From positions 51,770,001 through 51,834,000 of the forward strand of contig OZ024750.1 of NCBI GenBank assembly GCA_964016885.1: a stretch of 64,000 nt of DNA, in the 5' to 3' direction. The notes beneath the pieces are model-generated. The model was not told the origin of the DNA and made no database searches. It saw nothing but the letters and a program-made list of their open reading frames with translations. A program made the translations under genes and the position numbers. Source of the stretch: Eledone cirrhosa. Taxonomy: Eukaryota. Shown here in pieces: positions 13,049-25,534 of the stretch (within the stretch, counting starts at the first letter, position 1; each line of letters opens with the position of its first letter).

Positions 13049-14350
13049 CGAAGGAAATGTGGTAAGGAACCAGGTGGACCATAACGCACCAAAGTACTCA
13101 ATACTTAGGGTAGTAGAGTGGGTAATAGGAATGTGTAGGACCCCGACGGCTGAGCTCAAGCCGTTTCGACGGCTAATTCTGGACCAGGCGGCTAATTCTG
13201 GACTAATTCTGGTGTGTTGTTGGGGATGTGTTGTGTTGTTGGGGATGTGTTTGTTGTGTTCTTGGGGATGTGTCTGTTGTGTTTTTGGGGATGTGTCTGT
13301 TGTGTTGTTGGGGATGTGTCTGTTGTTGGGGATGTGTCTGTTGTGTTGTTGTGGATGTTTATGTTGTGTGGTGTTTGTGTTTTCCGTTGTTTGTGATGTG
13401 GTCTGCGATAAGTTTTCGAGACTGATCTGCAGAAGTATCTCCAGGTCAACCCCGGACCGGTCCTCACTGACAGTCCATGTAACCGCTATCTTGACGTTAT
13501 TTGTCCCCTCCACGATCATGCAACCCAGGAGCCAACACATGCCTAGTCGCGGACTCTTATAGTTCTTTTCCCCATGTGGGATGGGTACATAATGACATTA
13601 CTTGTTTTGCAAGGGGTCACTGCGTGTTTCATAGCGAGGCTTCTAACTTAAACAGTACCGAAATGGAGCGGTATTCTCTACCCCTCGCTATGTACTCGGT
13701 GTCATCCCTGATGCACCTCAGCGCACCTTCAATGTCCGTTTGGACAATTATAGCCGCATTTCTTTTCGTCTCTAAAATGCACCCTTCTTTTCTCCGCCGC
13801 TTCAATGGTTTCCATGGGACAGTTAAGTTGACCCAGGTTTGCTCTTGTTTGGCCAACTTCCAGGTCATAGTCAACTTTTTATCTTTATCGGTGAGGCCCA
13901 TGCTGTAGCATGGTCACTTTTTGGCTGCTGCCACAGCGAAAGTGTTGGTGGTAATGTTGTTGTTGGTGGTGTTGTTGTTGTTGGTGTTGCCGTAGTTGGT
14001 GTTGTTGTTATTATTCTTGTTGCTGTTCTTGCTGTTGCAGTTGGTGTTATTCTTGGTGTTGTTGTTATTCATGTTCTTGTTGGTGGTGTTGCTAATTCCG
14101 TTGCTTTTGTTGCCATAGTTTCTGTTGTTGCTGTTACTACTGTTGTTGGTGTTGTCATTTTCTTTAAATTTAGTGTTCTCATTCTTGTTGGCGTTGGTGT
14201 TAGCGATACTGCCTTGCGTGGTGTTCTTGCGCAAAATTGTTGTGAGAGGGGCGACGGTGTTCGCCTCAACCTTTAAGCCGCTGTCACACGAGAGCAGACT
14301 TAAAGTTGGGGCCTGGCTCAGCCATGTTTTTTTTTCGATGAATTTTTAAG
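13047..14350 (-). mobile_element. Decayed Penelope-like retroelement: low-complexity ORF, GIY-YIG-like remnant, hammerhead half and tail ending in (TA)n
   Basis: Minus strand 13545-13622 reads TPCKTSNVI.. then, with frameshifts, PTWG../KNY..T, resembling the C-x-x-x-N-V-I-Y..CxxC..Y start of PLE GIY-YIG endonucleases; tail shared with 2225-2315. Confidence 0.5.
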
Positions 14351-14534
14351 TAATGTTCAATTATTTGGACCTAAAGGCCCAAACATTACAAGGTCGCCTT
14401 GACACGGGTTAATGTGTGGTACGTTAGTAACAGTTTGTAACAAAAGTATAACACAGAATGCAATGTAGACACTTGAAAATTAACAAAACTTACGGAGCAA
14501 CATTGACATGTGTCTGGACCGACTAAAGAACAAT

Positions 14535-14940
14535 AATTGTTTCCACTTTAGGCACAAGGCCAGCAATTTTGAGGAGGGGGGAGTCGATTAAATCGACAAC
14601 GGTGCATTATTGGTGCTTTATTTTATCGACCCTGTAAGGATGAAAGGAAAAGCTAACCTCGGCGGAATTTGAACTCAGAACGTAAAGGGCCATAACTCTA
14701 TGCTGCAAAGCATGTTGCCCGACGCTCTACCGATACTGCCAATCCACCGCCATTATAATAACTGTTTCTACTTTTGGCACAAGGCCAGCAATTATCCCAG
14801 TGTATTACTGGTACTTTATTTTATCGACCCCGGATGAAAGGCAAAGTTAACCTCGGCGGGATTTGAACTCAGTCCGTAAAGGGACGTAACTGTGCTGCAA
14901 AGCATGGCACCCGACCCTCTACCGATACTGCCAATTCACC
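14535..14940 (-). mobile_element. Two tandem SINE A copies
   Basis: Reverse-complement matches to the family consensus at 14535-14752 and 14757-14940. Confidence 0.85.
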
Positions 14941-15194
14941 AGAAATAATATTTCGTTACATGTTAAAATTCGTCTAGTTGATAAATGCCAAAATGAGAAT
15001 GCAAGCAAAATGTTGCAGAAAAGGTCAATTAAAGTCTGCAACTGCAGTTTTTCTCAATGTTAGACAGAATTATAGATTATTAGACAGAATTATAGAGTAT
15101 TTTCTATTTAATGGAGTTGATTAACATCTATTTAATACGTCCTTAACAATTATTAACAAGAAAAACATTTCGGAATTTATATATCTATCATATA

Positions 15195-16200
15195 TATTTA
15201 TTTATTAGCCACAAGGGCGCACAAGAAAAAGGGACAAAACAAAGACATGCCGGGGATTTTACATACAATCGTGTAAAAAAATATAAAACAAACAATTATA
15301 ACAATCGAAATCCCCAATAGGGGGAAGGCGCCACAAATGGGTTGTTTAATACCCCGTCGATAGAACAACCCTCAACTTCAGGAGCGTGTTGTGCAAGTGC
15401 TCCTTTCTTCCTTTTGCTCTCTTCTTCAACCTACAGGTTTATATACAGAGAAGGCCCAATCACTCGGGTCATTTTTGCCACATTCACCCACCTTTCAGTA
15501 AATTTACTGAGGTGCAGTGCCTCTCTCTCCACTCTGATTCTCCTTCTAAAGTGATACCTAAAGAAGGGAATCAATTGTTGTCTAGAAAGAAAGGCATATG
15601 TCCTCTGTCCTCTCAATCTCGGCCACCATATAATCTCTTTTACCACAACCACTCTACAGAGGAAAACCGCCGCTCTTTCGTTTTTGAAAGAATTTGGCGG
15701 CTTGATTCTTACTCGGCAGTCAACTGGATTTGTCCCATACGCGACAGCAGTTGTTCTGCGTAGCTCTACAGGTCGGTTACGCCCGGGCAGTGTACAATTG
15801 CGTGCAAGACGGTTTCAATGTCCTGCTGGCATCTTGGACACGTCCTCTTGGAAGGATCCCTGCCGGTGCATCCATGCCTGTAGATCTTGTCTCGAACTGG
15901 TAGAGCTCTTCGGTAGCACTGCCAGGCCAGGGACCTCTGGAAGTTGTCCCTGGGTCCCGGGGGGAAAGTCCTACTGAACAGACTGGTGAGCTCGTCGTCT
16001 TCGACGCCCAGAGTTTCTCCGAGCACGTCGTCGTCGCACTTGTAACATACTGACCTTCTATAGAATGTCGAAGTGGAGTCTCCACTGATTGCTGTGCCCG
16101 CTTGAAAGAGGACTGTGAGCGTCTGAGCTCATTCAATGTGCCAGGCGCCCAATTGCTTCGGTTCCGCTTGACCCAGGACTACAGATAGATAGATGTATAG
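15195..16200 (-). mobile_element. 5'-truncated L1/Tx1-clade LINE remnant (zf-RVT region of ORF2 and 3' UTR)
   Basis: LAWQCYRRALPVRDKIYRHG..CPRCQQDIETVLHAIVHCP (CCHC motif); AATAAA at the 3' end. Confidence 0.8.
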
Positions 16201-16267
16201 CTACAAGATAATTGCGTCCGAAGGCTATATGCCGGAAAGCACTCGATGCTCGAGCAGAGCAGAGTAT

Positions 16268-16504
16268 AATAGTATTAGAATAAAGGAACAAAGAATCAGA
16301 ATTGTACCACAACATTAATAACATATAATATATGTTTCACTGTCGATCAGTTCGAAGATGGATCTATTATTGATCGAACCTGACCCTGGAATAAAAAGAT
16401 CCTCAGATATGCCTCGGTATGTAAGGTCGTCTCTGAAACATGTGTAATATGTTATTAAATATTTTATGATGCAACACTGTTTCTTTGTTCCTTTATTCTT
16501 ATAC

Positions 16505-16507
<3 letters not shown>
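16268..16507 (-). mobile_element. Decayed fold-back cassette with a hammerhead remnant
   Basis: Minus strand catat-CTGAGGA(16406-16400)...GAAAcatatatt|atatg; imperfect ~70-bp inverted arms; related core (CCGACGA...GAAAcgcgcgTC) on minus at 2376-2465. Confidence 0.5.
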
Positions 16508-16562
<55 letters not shown>

Positions 16563-16563
<1 letters not shown>

Positions 16564-17143
16564 TATTAGTGAAAAAGAACAAAGGAACTATTATGACATT
16601 ATAACAAGTTTATTGCCGACAGCCGTTTCGTCCGACCACATGGTGGGACTTTTCAAGGCATATAACATGCGACTGTAAGATCATTATCTACATCAACGTA
16701 TCACTCAAGGCTAGCAGTTTGAAATTGTGGTATACATCAGCAGCTTGGCTTGTATAGTTGGGGTCTATATTCTAAGGGAGCTCTTTTATATTAGTTGTCG
16801 GGGTCAGGGATTGAAGGTTAAAAATTAGATAATATATAATTTACGCATTACGCATTAATGCGTAAATTATATATTATCTAATTTTTAACCTTCAATCCCT
16901 GACCCCGACAACTAATATAAAAGAGCCCCCTTAGAATATAGACCCCAACTATACAAGCCGAGCTGCTGATGTATACCACAATTTCAAACTGCTAGCCTTG
17001 AGTGATACGTTGATGTAGATAATGATCTTACAGTCACATGTTATATGCCTTGAAAAGTCCCACCATGTGGTCGGACGAAACGGCTGTCGGCAATAAACTT
17101 GTTATAATGTCATAATAGTTCCTTTGTTCTTTTTCACTAATAT
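16563..17143. mobile_element. Near-perfect 581-bp palindrome (288-bp arms) with a U3-A8 hammerhead in each arm, inserted in (TA)n
   Basis: Centre ttacgcatta-cgcat-taatgcgtaa at ~16853; about 3 mismatches seen; + strand tgcc-TTGAAAA(17050-56)-gtcc/ggac-GAAA(17077-80)-cggctg-TC|ggca. Confidence 0.8.
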
Positions 17144-17245
17144 TTCTGCTCTGCGTATACGCATAGAGCTTAACTAGCTACCGTCACATATTTGGTAGGT
17201 CAGACGTGATCATCGCGATTCACATACGACCTACCATACATCTTA

Positions 17246-17318
<73 letters not shown>

Positions 17319-17442
17319 GTATATATAGTGTATTTTGCAATACACTGTATGCTTAATTAAATGCATTTCGAAGACCTTATGCTATTGTTTTAGAGTAGTG
17401 ACAGACTCACTTTCTTTAATTTCAGCAAACAGGGGGAGATAA

Positions 17443-17487
17443 AGCTGACAAGGCCTTGTTTCGCATTTATTGATGCTTATCAAAGCC
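17443..17487 (-). ncRNA. Hammerhead motif with U3-A8 core (family H2) in fold-back 17316-17739
   Basis: Minus strand: ggct-TTGATAA-gcat/atgc-GAAA-CAAGGCCTTG-TC|agct. Confidence 0.7.
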
Positions 17488-17800
17488 AACTACTCCTCCT
17501 GTTTGCTGAAATCATGGATGTTTGGTTCTTATAGAATTCTAGTAAATAATCAGGAACTGAGCGGTTGCCGGTCAAGCAGAAATTGAAAATGCGAAACAAG
17601 GCCTTGTCAGCTTTATCTCCCCCTGTTTGCTGAAATTGAAGTAAGTGAGTCTGTCACTAATCTAAAACAATAGCATAAGGTCTTCGAAATGCTTTTAATT
17701 AAGCATACAGTGTATTGCAAAATACACTATATATACATTCATATATATATAGCTATTTCAGAGCACCAATTCTAATTTATATATTTATATATATCATATA

Positions 17801-17858
17801 TTTTGTCTGATGAGGACGTACTGAAAAAACAACACAGTACCTTTGAAATATATATAAT
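17801..17858 (+). ncRNA. Hammerhead-like motif, stem I truncated by the following insertion
   Basis: CTGATGA(17807-13)-gtactg/cagtac-GAAA(17845-48)-tatata-TA. Confidence 0.5.
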
Positions 17859-18367
17859 CTCCTTATAATATATAACCAGCAATTTCTCTGTCTGTCTGTC
17901 CGACAGTGGAAACACGTGCGCGCGTGCGAATGTTTTTTGCGCACGCGCAGAGAGAGAGTGAGAGTGAAAGAAAGAGACAGACTACAAGAGGGGGATAGCG
18001 GGAGGGAAAGAGGGGGGAATTGAGGAGTGCTACAGAAACATATATACATTTCTGTGTGTGTGTAATATATATATATATACACACACAGAAATATATATAC
18101 ACACAGAAATATATATACACCCCTTAGCTACTGTACTGTATCTGTTGCTATCTCTCTCTCTCTCTTCAGCTATCCCTCTCTTTTAGTCTGTCTGTTTCTC
18201 TCACTCTCACTCTTTCTCTTTGTAACACACTAACATTCCTCCCCTCTATCGCTGTGACGAATGGGGAGATGGAGGAGGAGGAGGAGGAGGAGGAGAGAGT
18301 CACTTCGTCACTTCACCTCTGCCTTTCTTTCTCTCCCCTTTCACTCCCTCATTACGTACAGACATTA

Positions 18368-18560
18368 GGGCGGTGGATTGGCAGAATCTGTAGAGAGTCG
18401 TACACCATGCTTCATAGCATGGAGTTACGTCCCTTTACGGTCTGAGTTCAAATACCGCCGAGGTTAACTTTGCCTTTCATCCTCACGGCGTCGATAAAAT
18501 AAAGTACCAGTAATGTACTGGGTAATTGCTGGCCTTGTGCCAAAAGTAGAAAAAATTATT
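18368..18560 (+). mobile_element. SINE family A
   Basis: Full-length match to the family. Confidence 0.85.
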
Positions 18561-19271
18561 AGAAACATTGCTTCATTTTTACATATCTAAGCATTAGTAA
18601 AATAACTAATAATTTCAAAAGTAATTTTTCAATTCCAATTGTTATGAACAGCAAAACATTAATAATAATTTTGTTCTAAGAAATATATATATATTTCTGT
18701 GTGTGTAATATATATATATATACACACACAGAAATATATATACATTTCTGTGTGTGTAATATATATATATATATATACACACACAGAAATATATGGGCAT
18801 TTCTCTGTCTGTCTGTCTGTCTGTCTGTCCTTCCCTAAAACTCAAATGTAGGTGCTACAGAAATATTACCTTCCCCTTCCTTTCTCCACTTTGGTATTAC
18901 CAAGAGAAACACTGTCGCTATAGAAACATTACCTTCCCCTCTCCACTGACATTGGTCACTGAGGCCGAGGGAATTGCTGGTTGCTATAGAGACACCTTGC
19001 ACAAGCCAGAAGTAACCAGTTCGAGGCGGTTCTGAATTGACACCATGCCAAGGACCATTTGAAGAAGGTTGCCATTGAATTTGTGGTTTGAAGAAGGTTG
19101 TCATTGAATTTGAGGTTGTTGCTGCTGATAAGGACCATTTGAAGAAGGTTGCTGCTGATGAGGTAATTTATTAATCAGATTGCGCAGTTCCATAACCTAC
19201 GTTTGATTTGTTCAATTTTTTTTGTTGTTTTTTTGTTGTTTTTTTTTTATTTCTTATTGAAAAAATATAAA

Positions 19272-19460
19272 TAATTGTTTCTACTTTAGGCACAAGGCCA
19301 GCAATTACCCAGTACATTACTGGTACTTTATTTTATCGACCCCGTAAGGATGAAAGGCAAAGTTAACCTCAGCGGGATTTGAACTCAAACCGTAAAGGGA
19401 CGTAACTATGCTAGAAAGCATGGCGTCCAACCCTCTACCGATACTGCCAATTCACTGCAA
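19272..19460 (-). mobile_element. SINE family A
   Basis: Full-length reverse-complement match. Confidence 0.85.
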
Positions 19461-20078
19461 ATAATAAAATAAGGTTAGAAATTTAAATACAATTAAATAC
19501 GATTTAATTTCCATTTCCAGCAGCCAATGTCCAGTGTTCAATTTCATGAAAAAATTGGAAATAATCTACTTATAATATATAATGGGCATTTCTCTGTTTG
19601 TTTGTCTGTCTGTCCGTCTGTAAAAAATGCCAAGGAAACAAATAGACGCGGTTTCAAATCTCTATGCTTTTCAAATTCATTACATTAATCTTTATTTATA
19701 CGTTTCGCTTTACGAGTGTTTCGACTTACGAGTGTTTCGGCTTACGAGTGTTTCGGCTTATCATTATATATAAACGTTTCTATTTCCATCGTTTTATCGT
19801 AAACGTTTATATATTTCCATCGTTATATCATAACGTTTATGTATCATAACGTTTATATTTCCGTCATTAATCTCTTTTTCTCCTTTCTCGTTTTAACATG
19901 TATTTATTTCAAAGATTTCACCGTATAGATAACATATATATTTATACATGCATAAAAGACACACCGAGAGACGGTGAACATGTGGTGCCGAAAACATTTC
20001 TCATCCAAATCTCAACAATATCAGTATATACACTAGATTTGCTAGCAGAAAACCGCCCACCGGGTGGTTTTCTGCTAG

Positions 20079-20988
20079 TCTCTATATATAAAATTGAGGA
20101 TGTCTGTCTGTGTGTGTGTGAGTTTGAATCCCTAAAACTCGAGAACCACCCAACCGACTGTTTTCAAATTTTACACATGTACTACTTATGTTTCACGGAG
20201 TGTTCTGAGCAAAAATAACTTCAAATGTTCAATGCCCTAGGGACCGCATTAGGCGATTTAGCGATCTCTCTCTATAATTCTTAGTCTTTCTCTTTTTAGA
20301 TAGATACATACATATAACGTCGCGCCCTTATAATATCTGTCTGTATGTCTGGCTGTCTGCATTACGTCACTTCCCTGAGGATGTCTGTGTGTGTGTCTGA
20401 CTTTGAATCCCTAAAACTCGAGAAGTACCCAACCGATATTTTTTAAACTTTACATGTGTATTACTTATGTTTCAGGGAGTGTTGTGAAAATAAAATTCAA
20501 CTTTTTGATCTCCTAGGGCCCGAATTAGGTGAAAAACTGCGTTTTTAATGAGTTTTAGGGGTTTTTTGAGGCGTTACGTCAGACCGATTTCGTTGAAATT
20601 GTAACTATGTATTAGTCAGTCTCTTCTTCATACCGTGAGCAAAGAAAATCCAACTTTTTTATGGCCTAGTGCCCGCATTAGATGAAAGACTTCCCTTTTT
20701 CAGCTTTTTAGGGCTTTTTTGAGGCGTTACGTCTAGCCGATTTTCCCGAAATTTCAAGGCATATTATGCACATAACAAAAAATTCATTTTCTTGATCCCC
20801 TAGGGCCCGCATTAGGTAAAAACCTGCATTTTTCCAGCTTCATCGAGGAAAATCTTAAAGATTATCCAGCCATCAGAGTATTCGGTTTATTTTCTTTATA
20901 TATTGTCCAGGTTTTTCCACGATTAGGTCTGCTGGCGACCCGCGATCCAAAATACCTTATCCCGTGCAACGCCGGGTACCACTGCTAG
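20079..20988 (+). mobile_element. Non-autonomous Helitron
   Basis: 5' TC + (gtct)n; 3' hairpin cccgtgcaacgccggg then CTAG; an adjacent upstream Helitron-like unit 19565-20078 also ends in hairpin + CTAG. Confidence 0.75.
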
Positions 20989-21254
20989 TAAAGTATATAT
21001 TTTGATTATGAGAATATTTTTCATTTGTTAACATTTTGAATAATAATAATATATATATATATATATAGTATATATATATACGCTCACATACGTACATATA
21101 TTGTTTCGACATTCGACAATATATAGAGAAATACATTAAGAAACAGAATTTGCTTATATAATACATATATATATATATATACATATGTATATATATAGAT
21201 ATAGATATATATATCCATATATATATATATATATATATGGATATATATAGATAT

Positions 21255-21363
<109 letters not shown>

Positions 21364-21444
21364 TATATAAAATAGGCATCGTATATAGATATAGATATAT
21401 ATAGATATAGATAGATACATATATATATATATAGATATAGATAG

Positions 21445-21495
<51 letters not shown>

Positions 21496-21539
21496 TATAG
21501 ATATAGATATAGATATATATAGATATAGTTATATATATC

Positions 21540-21651
<112 letters not shown>

Positions 21652-21973
21652 CATACATATATACATACATACATTTATATATATATATATATATATATAT
21701 ATGTTTATAAAGGGGTGGTACAAGCGGGTATTGTTGCAATTAGACTAGTAAGAGGGGGCCAGAGTTTGTGATGATAGCAATCTTTGAATATCTCTATAGA
21801 GATATATCAGGTGGAGCCCCCTGTTTTTATGATAGTCAATGATATTGTTTCCAGCCCCTTCTATATTTAGTAGGAGCTATCTATTTAGAGATCCCTAAAA
21901 ATACGTGTTTGTATGAGGGGTGTACATATGTGTTTCCATGCAAACAATAAATGTTAAATAGTGATGATATACA

Positions 21974-22143
<170 letters not shown>

Positions 22144-22220
22144 AAGAATGATGTGCTCGTGCGCAGAGATGCTATATATATATATGCATATATATATATA
22201 TATATTTATATATATATGTA

Positions 22221-22297
<77 letters not shown>

Positions 22298-22310
22298 ATA
22301 TGTATATATG

Positions 22311-22429
<119 letters not shown>

Positions 22430-22891
22430 ATAAACATAATACACACTCGTAAATATAAGTGCATAAATAAATAAATAAATAGATCGTCATTTCGGTACAC
22501 AGTGTATATGTGTGTATATGCGTGTATATATATATGTCTGTGTGTGTGTGTGTATGTGTGTGTGTGTCCGTGTGTATGTGTGTGTCCGTGTGTGTGTGTG
22601 TATGTGTCTGTGTGTGTGTATGTGTGTGTGTGTATCTGTGTCTGTGTGTGTATGTGTGTGTGTGTTTGTGTGTGTCTTCTGTGTATGTGTATGTCTATGT
22701 GTGTGTGTGTGTGTGTGTGTGTCTGTGTGTGTGTGTGTGTGTCTATGTCTGTGTGTGTCTGTGTGTGTCTGTGTGTGAGTGTGCGTGTGTCTGTGTGTCT
22801 GTGTGTATGTGTGTGTGTGTGTGCGTGCGTGTGTGTGTGTGCGCGTGTGTGTGTGTGTGTGTGCGTGTGAGCGTGTGTGTGCGTGTGTGAG

Positions 22892-22955
<64 letters not shown>

Positions 22956-23125
22956 TGTGTGTGTGTGTGTGTGTCTATGTCTGTGTGTGTCTGTGTGTGT
23001 CTGTGTGTGAGTGTGCGTGTGTCTGTGTGTCTGTGTGTATGTGTGTGTGTGTGTGTGCGTGCGTGTGTGTGTGTGCGCGTGTGTGTGTGTGTGTGTGCGT
23101 GTGAGCGTGTGTGTGTGTGTGTGAG

Positions 23126-23188
<63 letters not shown>

Positions 23189-25534
23189 ATATATAGTAAG
23201 TATCTAATATCTAATTCTAAAGTTTGTTTCCCATCGCAATTAACATTTTTTACCATTTCTATCTTCTCATCTTGTCAGCTTGGATAGCGACTTTTAGATC
23301 CTTACTACCACCACCACCACCACCACCACCACCACCACCAACACCACCAACACCAACACCACCGCCACCAACACCACCACCAACCCACCAACACCAACAC
23401 CAACACCACCAAACCGCCACCAACGCCACCAACACCACCACACCAACAACACCACCAACACCACCAAGACCATCAACACCACCAAGACCACCACACCAAC
23501 AACACCACCACCACCAACACCAACACCACCAAACCGCCACCAACGCCACCAACACCACCACACCAACAACACCACCAACACCACCAAGACCATCAACACC
23601 ACCAAGACCACCACACCAACAACACCACCACCACCAACACCAACACCACCAAACCGCCACCAACGCCACCAACACCACCACACCAACAACACCACCAACA
23701 CCACCAAAACCACCAACACCACCAGGACCACCACACCAACAACACCACCACCACCAACACCAACACCACCAACACCACCACCAACACTGCCACCACCACC
23801 AACACCGCCACCAACACCACCAACACCACTAACACCACCAATGCCACCAACACCACCAACACCACCACACCAACAACACCACCACCACCAACACCAACAC
23901 CACCAACACCACCACTACCAACACTGCCACCAATGCCACCGACACCACCACACCAACAACACCACCACCAAGACCACCAACATCACTAACACCACCAACA
24001 CCGCCAATACTACCAACACCAACACCACCACCGCCAATACGGTCAATACCACCAACACCGCCACCAACTGAATAGTCAGTTTGAAAGAATGTCTGAGACT
24101 AGTTTCGCCGTAAAAATCGTGGTGGGTTTGTGGCACCAATGTCTGGCCGGGGCTACCGTAAAGTTTATTCGCACCAATGTCGGGCTGGTTCGGCGGTAAA
24201 GTTTATTCAGTAACGACGAAACCAATTTAGTAAGAAAGGATAGGGAAGAATCATCTCGGGAATTCCACATTAATCAAGGACACAGCTCCCGGACTCATTG
24301 TGGTGCGAATAAATCTCGAAAACTTTTACTGGGGTATACATGTGTTTACGTGTGTGTACACATGTAAATTATGTGTGTACACGTGTTGAAACATGGGAAG
24401 TCGATCGTCGTTGGGCTGCGAATATACGGGGATGTAATTCACACGTATAAAGCCGAAATAGAGTTCCGCAGTGATTCGTGAAGTTGAGACAAGTTTAAAG
24501 TAAAATGCCGATAACATTTTACTTCAAACTAGTAGAGAGATATCTCGCTTTGTCCCTGTGAGAGTCAAACACGTACATGTTTATATGTCAATATCTCACA
24601 GAAATGGTTGATGAGATTGTGTGTGTGTATATAAATATAACAGATAAACTACGTACATAAGATGAACAACATTTAAAACAGAATTTACATGCCTGAGATA
24701 AATAAATGTCAAAAGAATTGATGTAGTGAGAAAGTCTTGGTCCGTGGTTTTATATCCAAGTATGTGTGTTGGAATATTTAATATATTTAACAAAAGCACA
24801 ACAAGAATATACAGAAACGAAGGAGAAAAAGATAAATGAATGTTCAAAAGAAAGTTCGTGTTTTGTTTTCTTTTTCTTGTGTGTTTTCCTTTCCTGAAAA
24901 CTGGTCCAAATTAGATTCTGGTTGTTAGCTGCAGCTGTTATCGAGTCTTGTGTTGAAAACAATGTTATCTCGCTGTCGTAGATTATCAGAAACTACAATC
25001 GAAAGATGTCCGTCGGGGTCACCAATGTAGCAATGAGAAATGAGATGTAGTTGATGCTGTCTAGCTAGAATGTAGAGTAGATGTAACGATGGAATGTATT
25101 GGTTTGTGTTTGTTGTTATTCAGTTGAGCTTGACAGAGGTTGTAGTAGTTTCTGTTGTAGTTTCTTGATGGGTGATTATGAAGAAAGTAACAATTGTCCC
25201 ATATGAGTGAAAATGCCGTGGAATGAACAAGTGAAACATGGTCGCTACAAAATATTAAGTTAATAGACTGCTACAAGGATATCATATACTATGTAATGTA
25301 AACAAGGCTCAACATGTTGTTATATACGCCAGTGTGCAATGATTTAAAATATAGTATTTACTATTTTTGTAATGAAATGATGCCTATTTTATGTCAAAAT
25401 CGTAGACACGGTAAGATCTAACACCTATTACAATAGAAACTTATCTGTGAGGTCACACACGGTCAAGTGTTTGGTGGCCGCTTGAGAGAGCGAAAGAAAC
25501 TGTATTGAAGAGAGTAGCAAATTATTGCTACCTA

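Noticed and set aside
25090-25160. miR-1-like (tggaatgta) and let-7-like (gaggttgtagtagtt) strings
   Set aside because: Only seed-length similarity and no evident precursor hairpin
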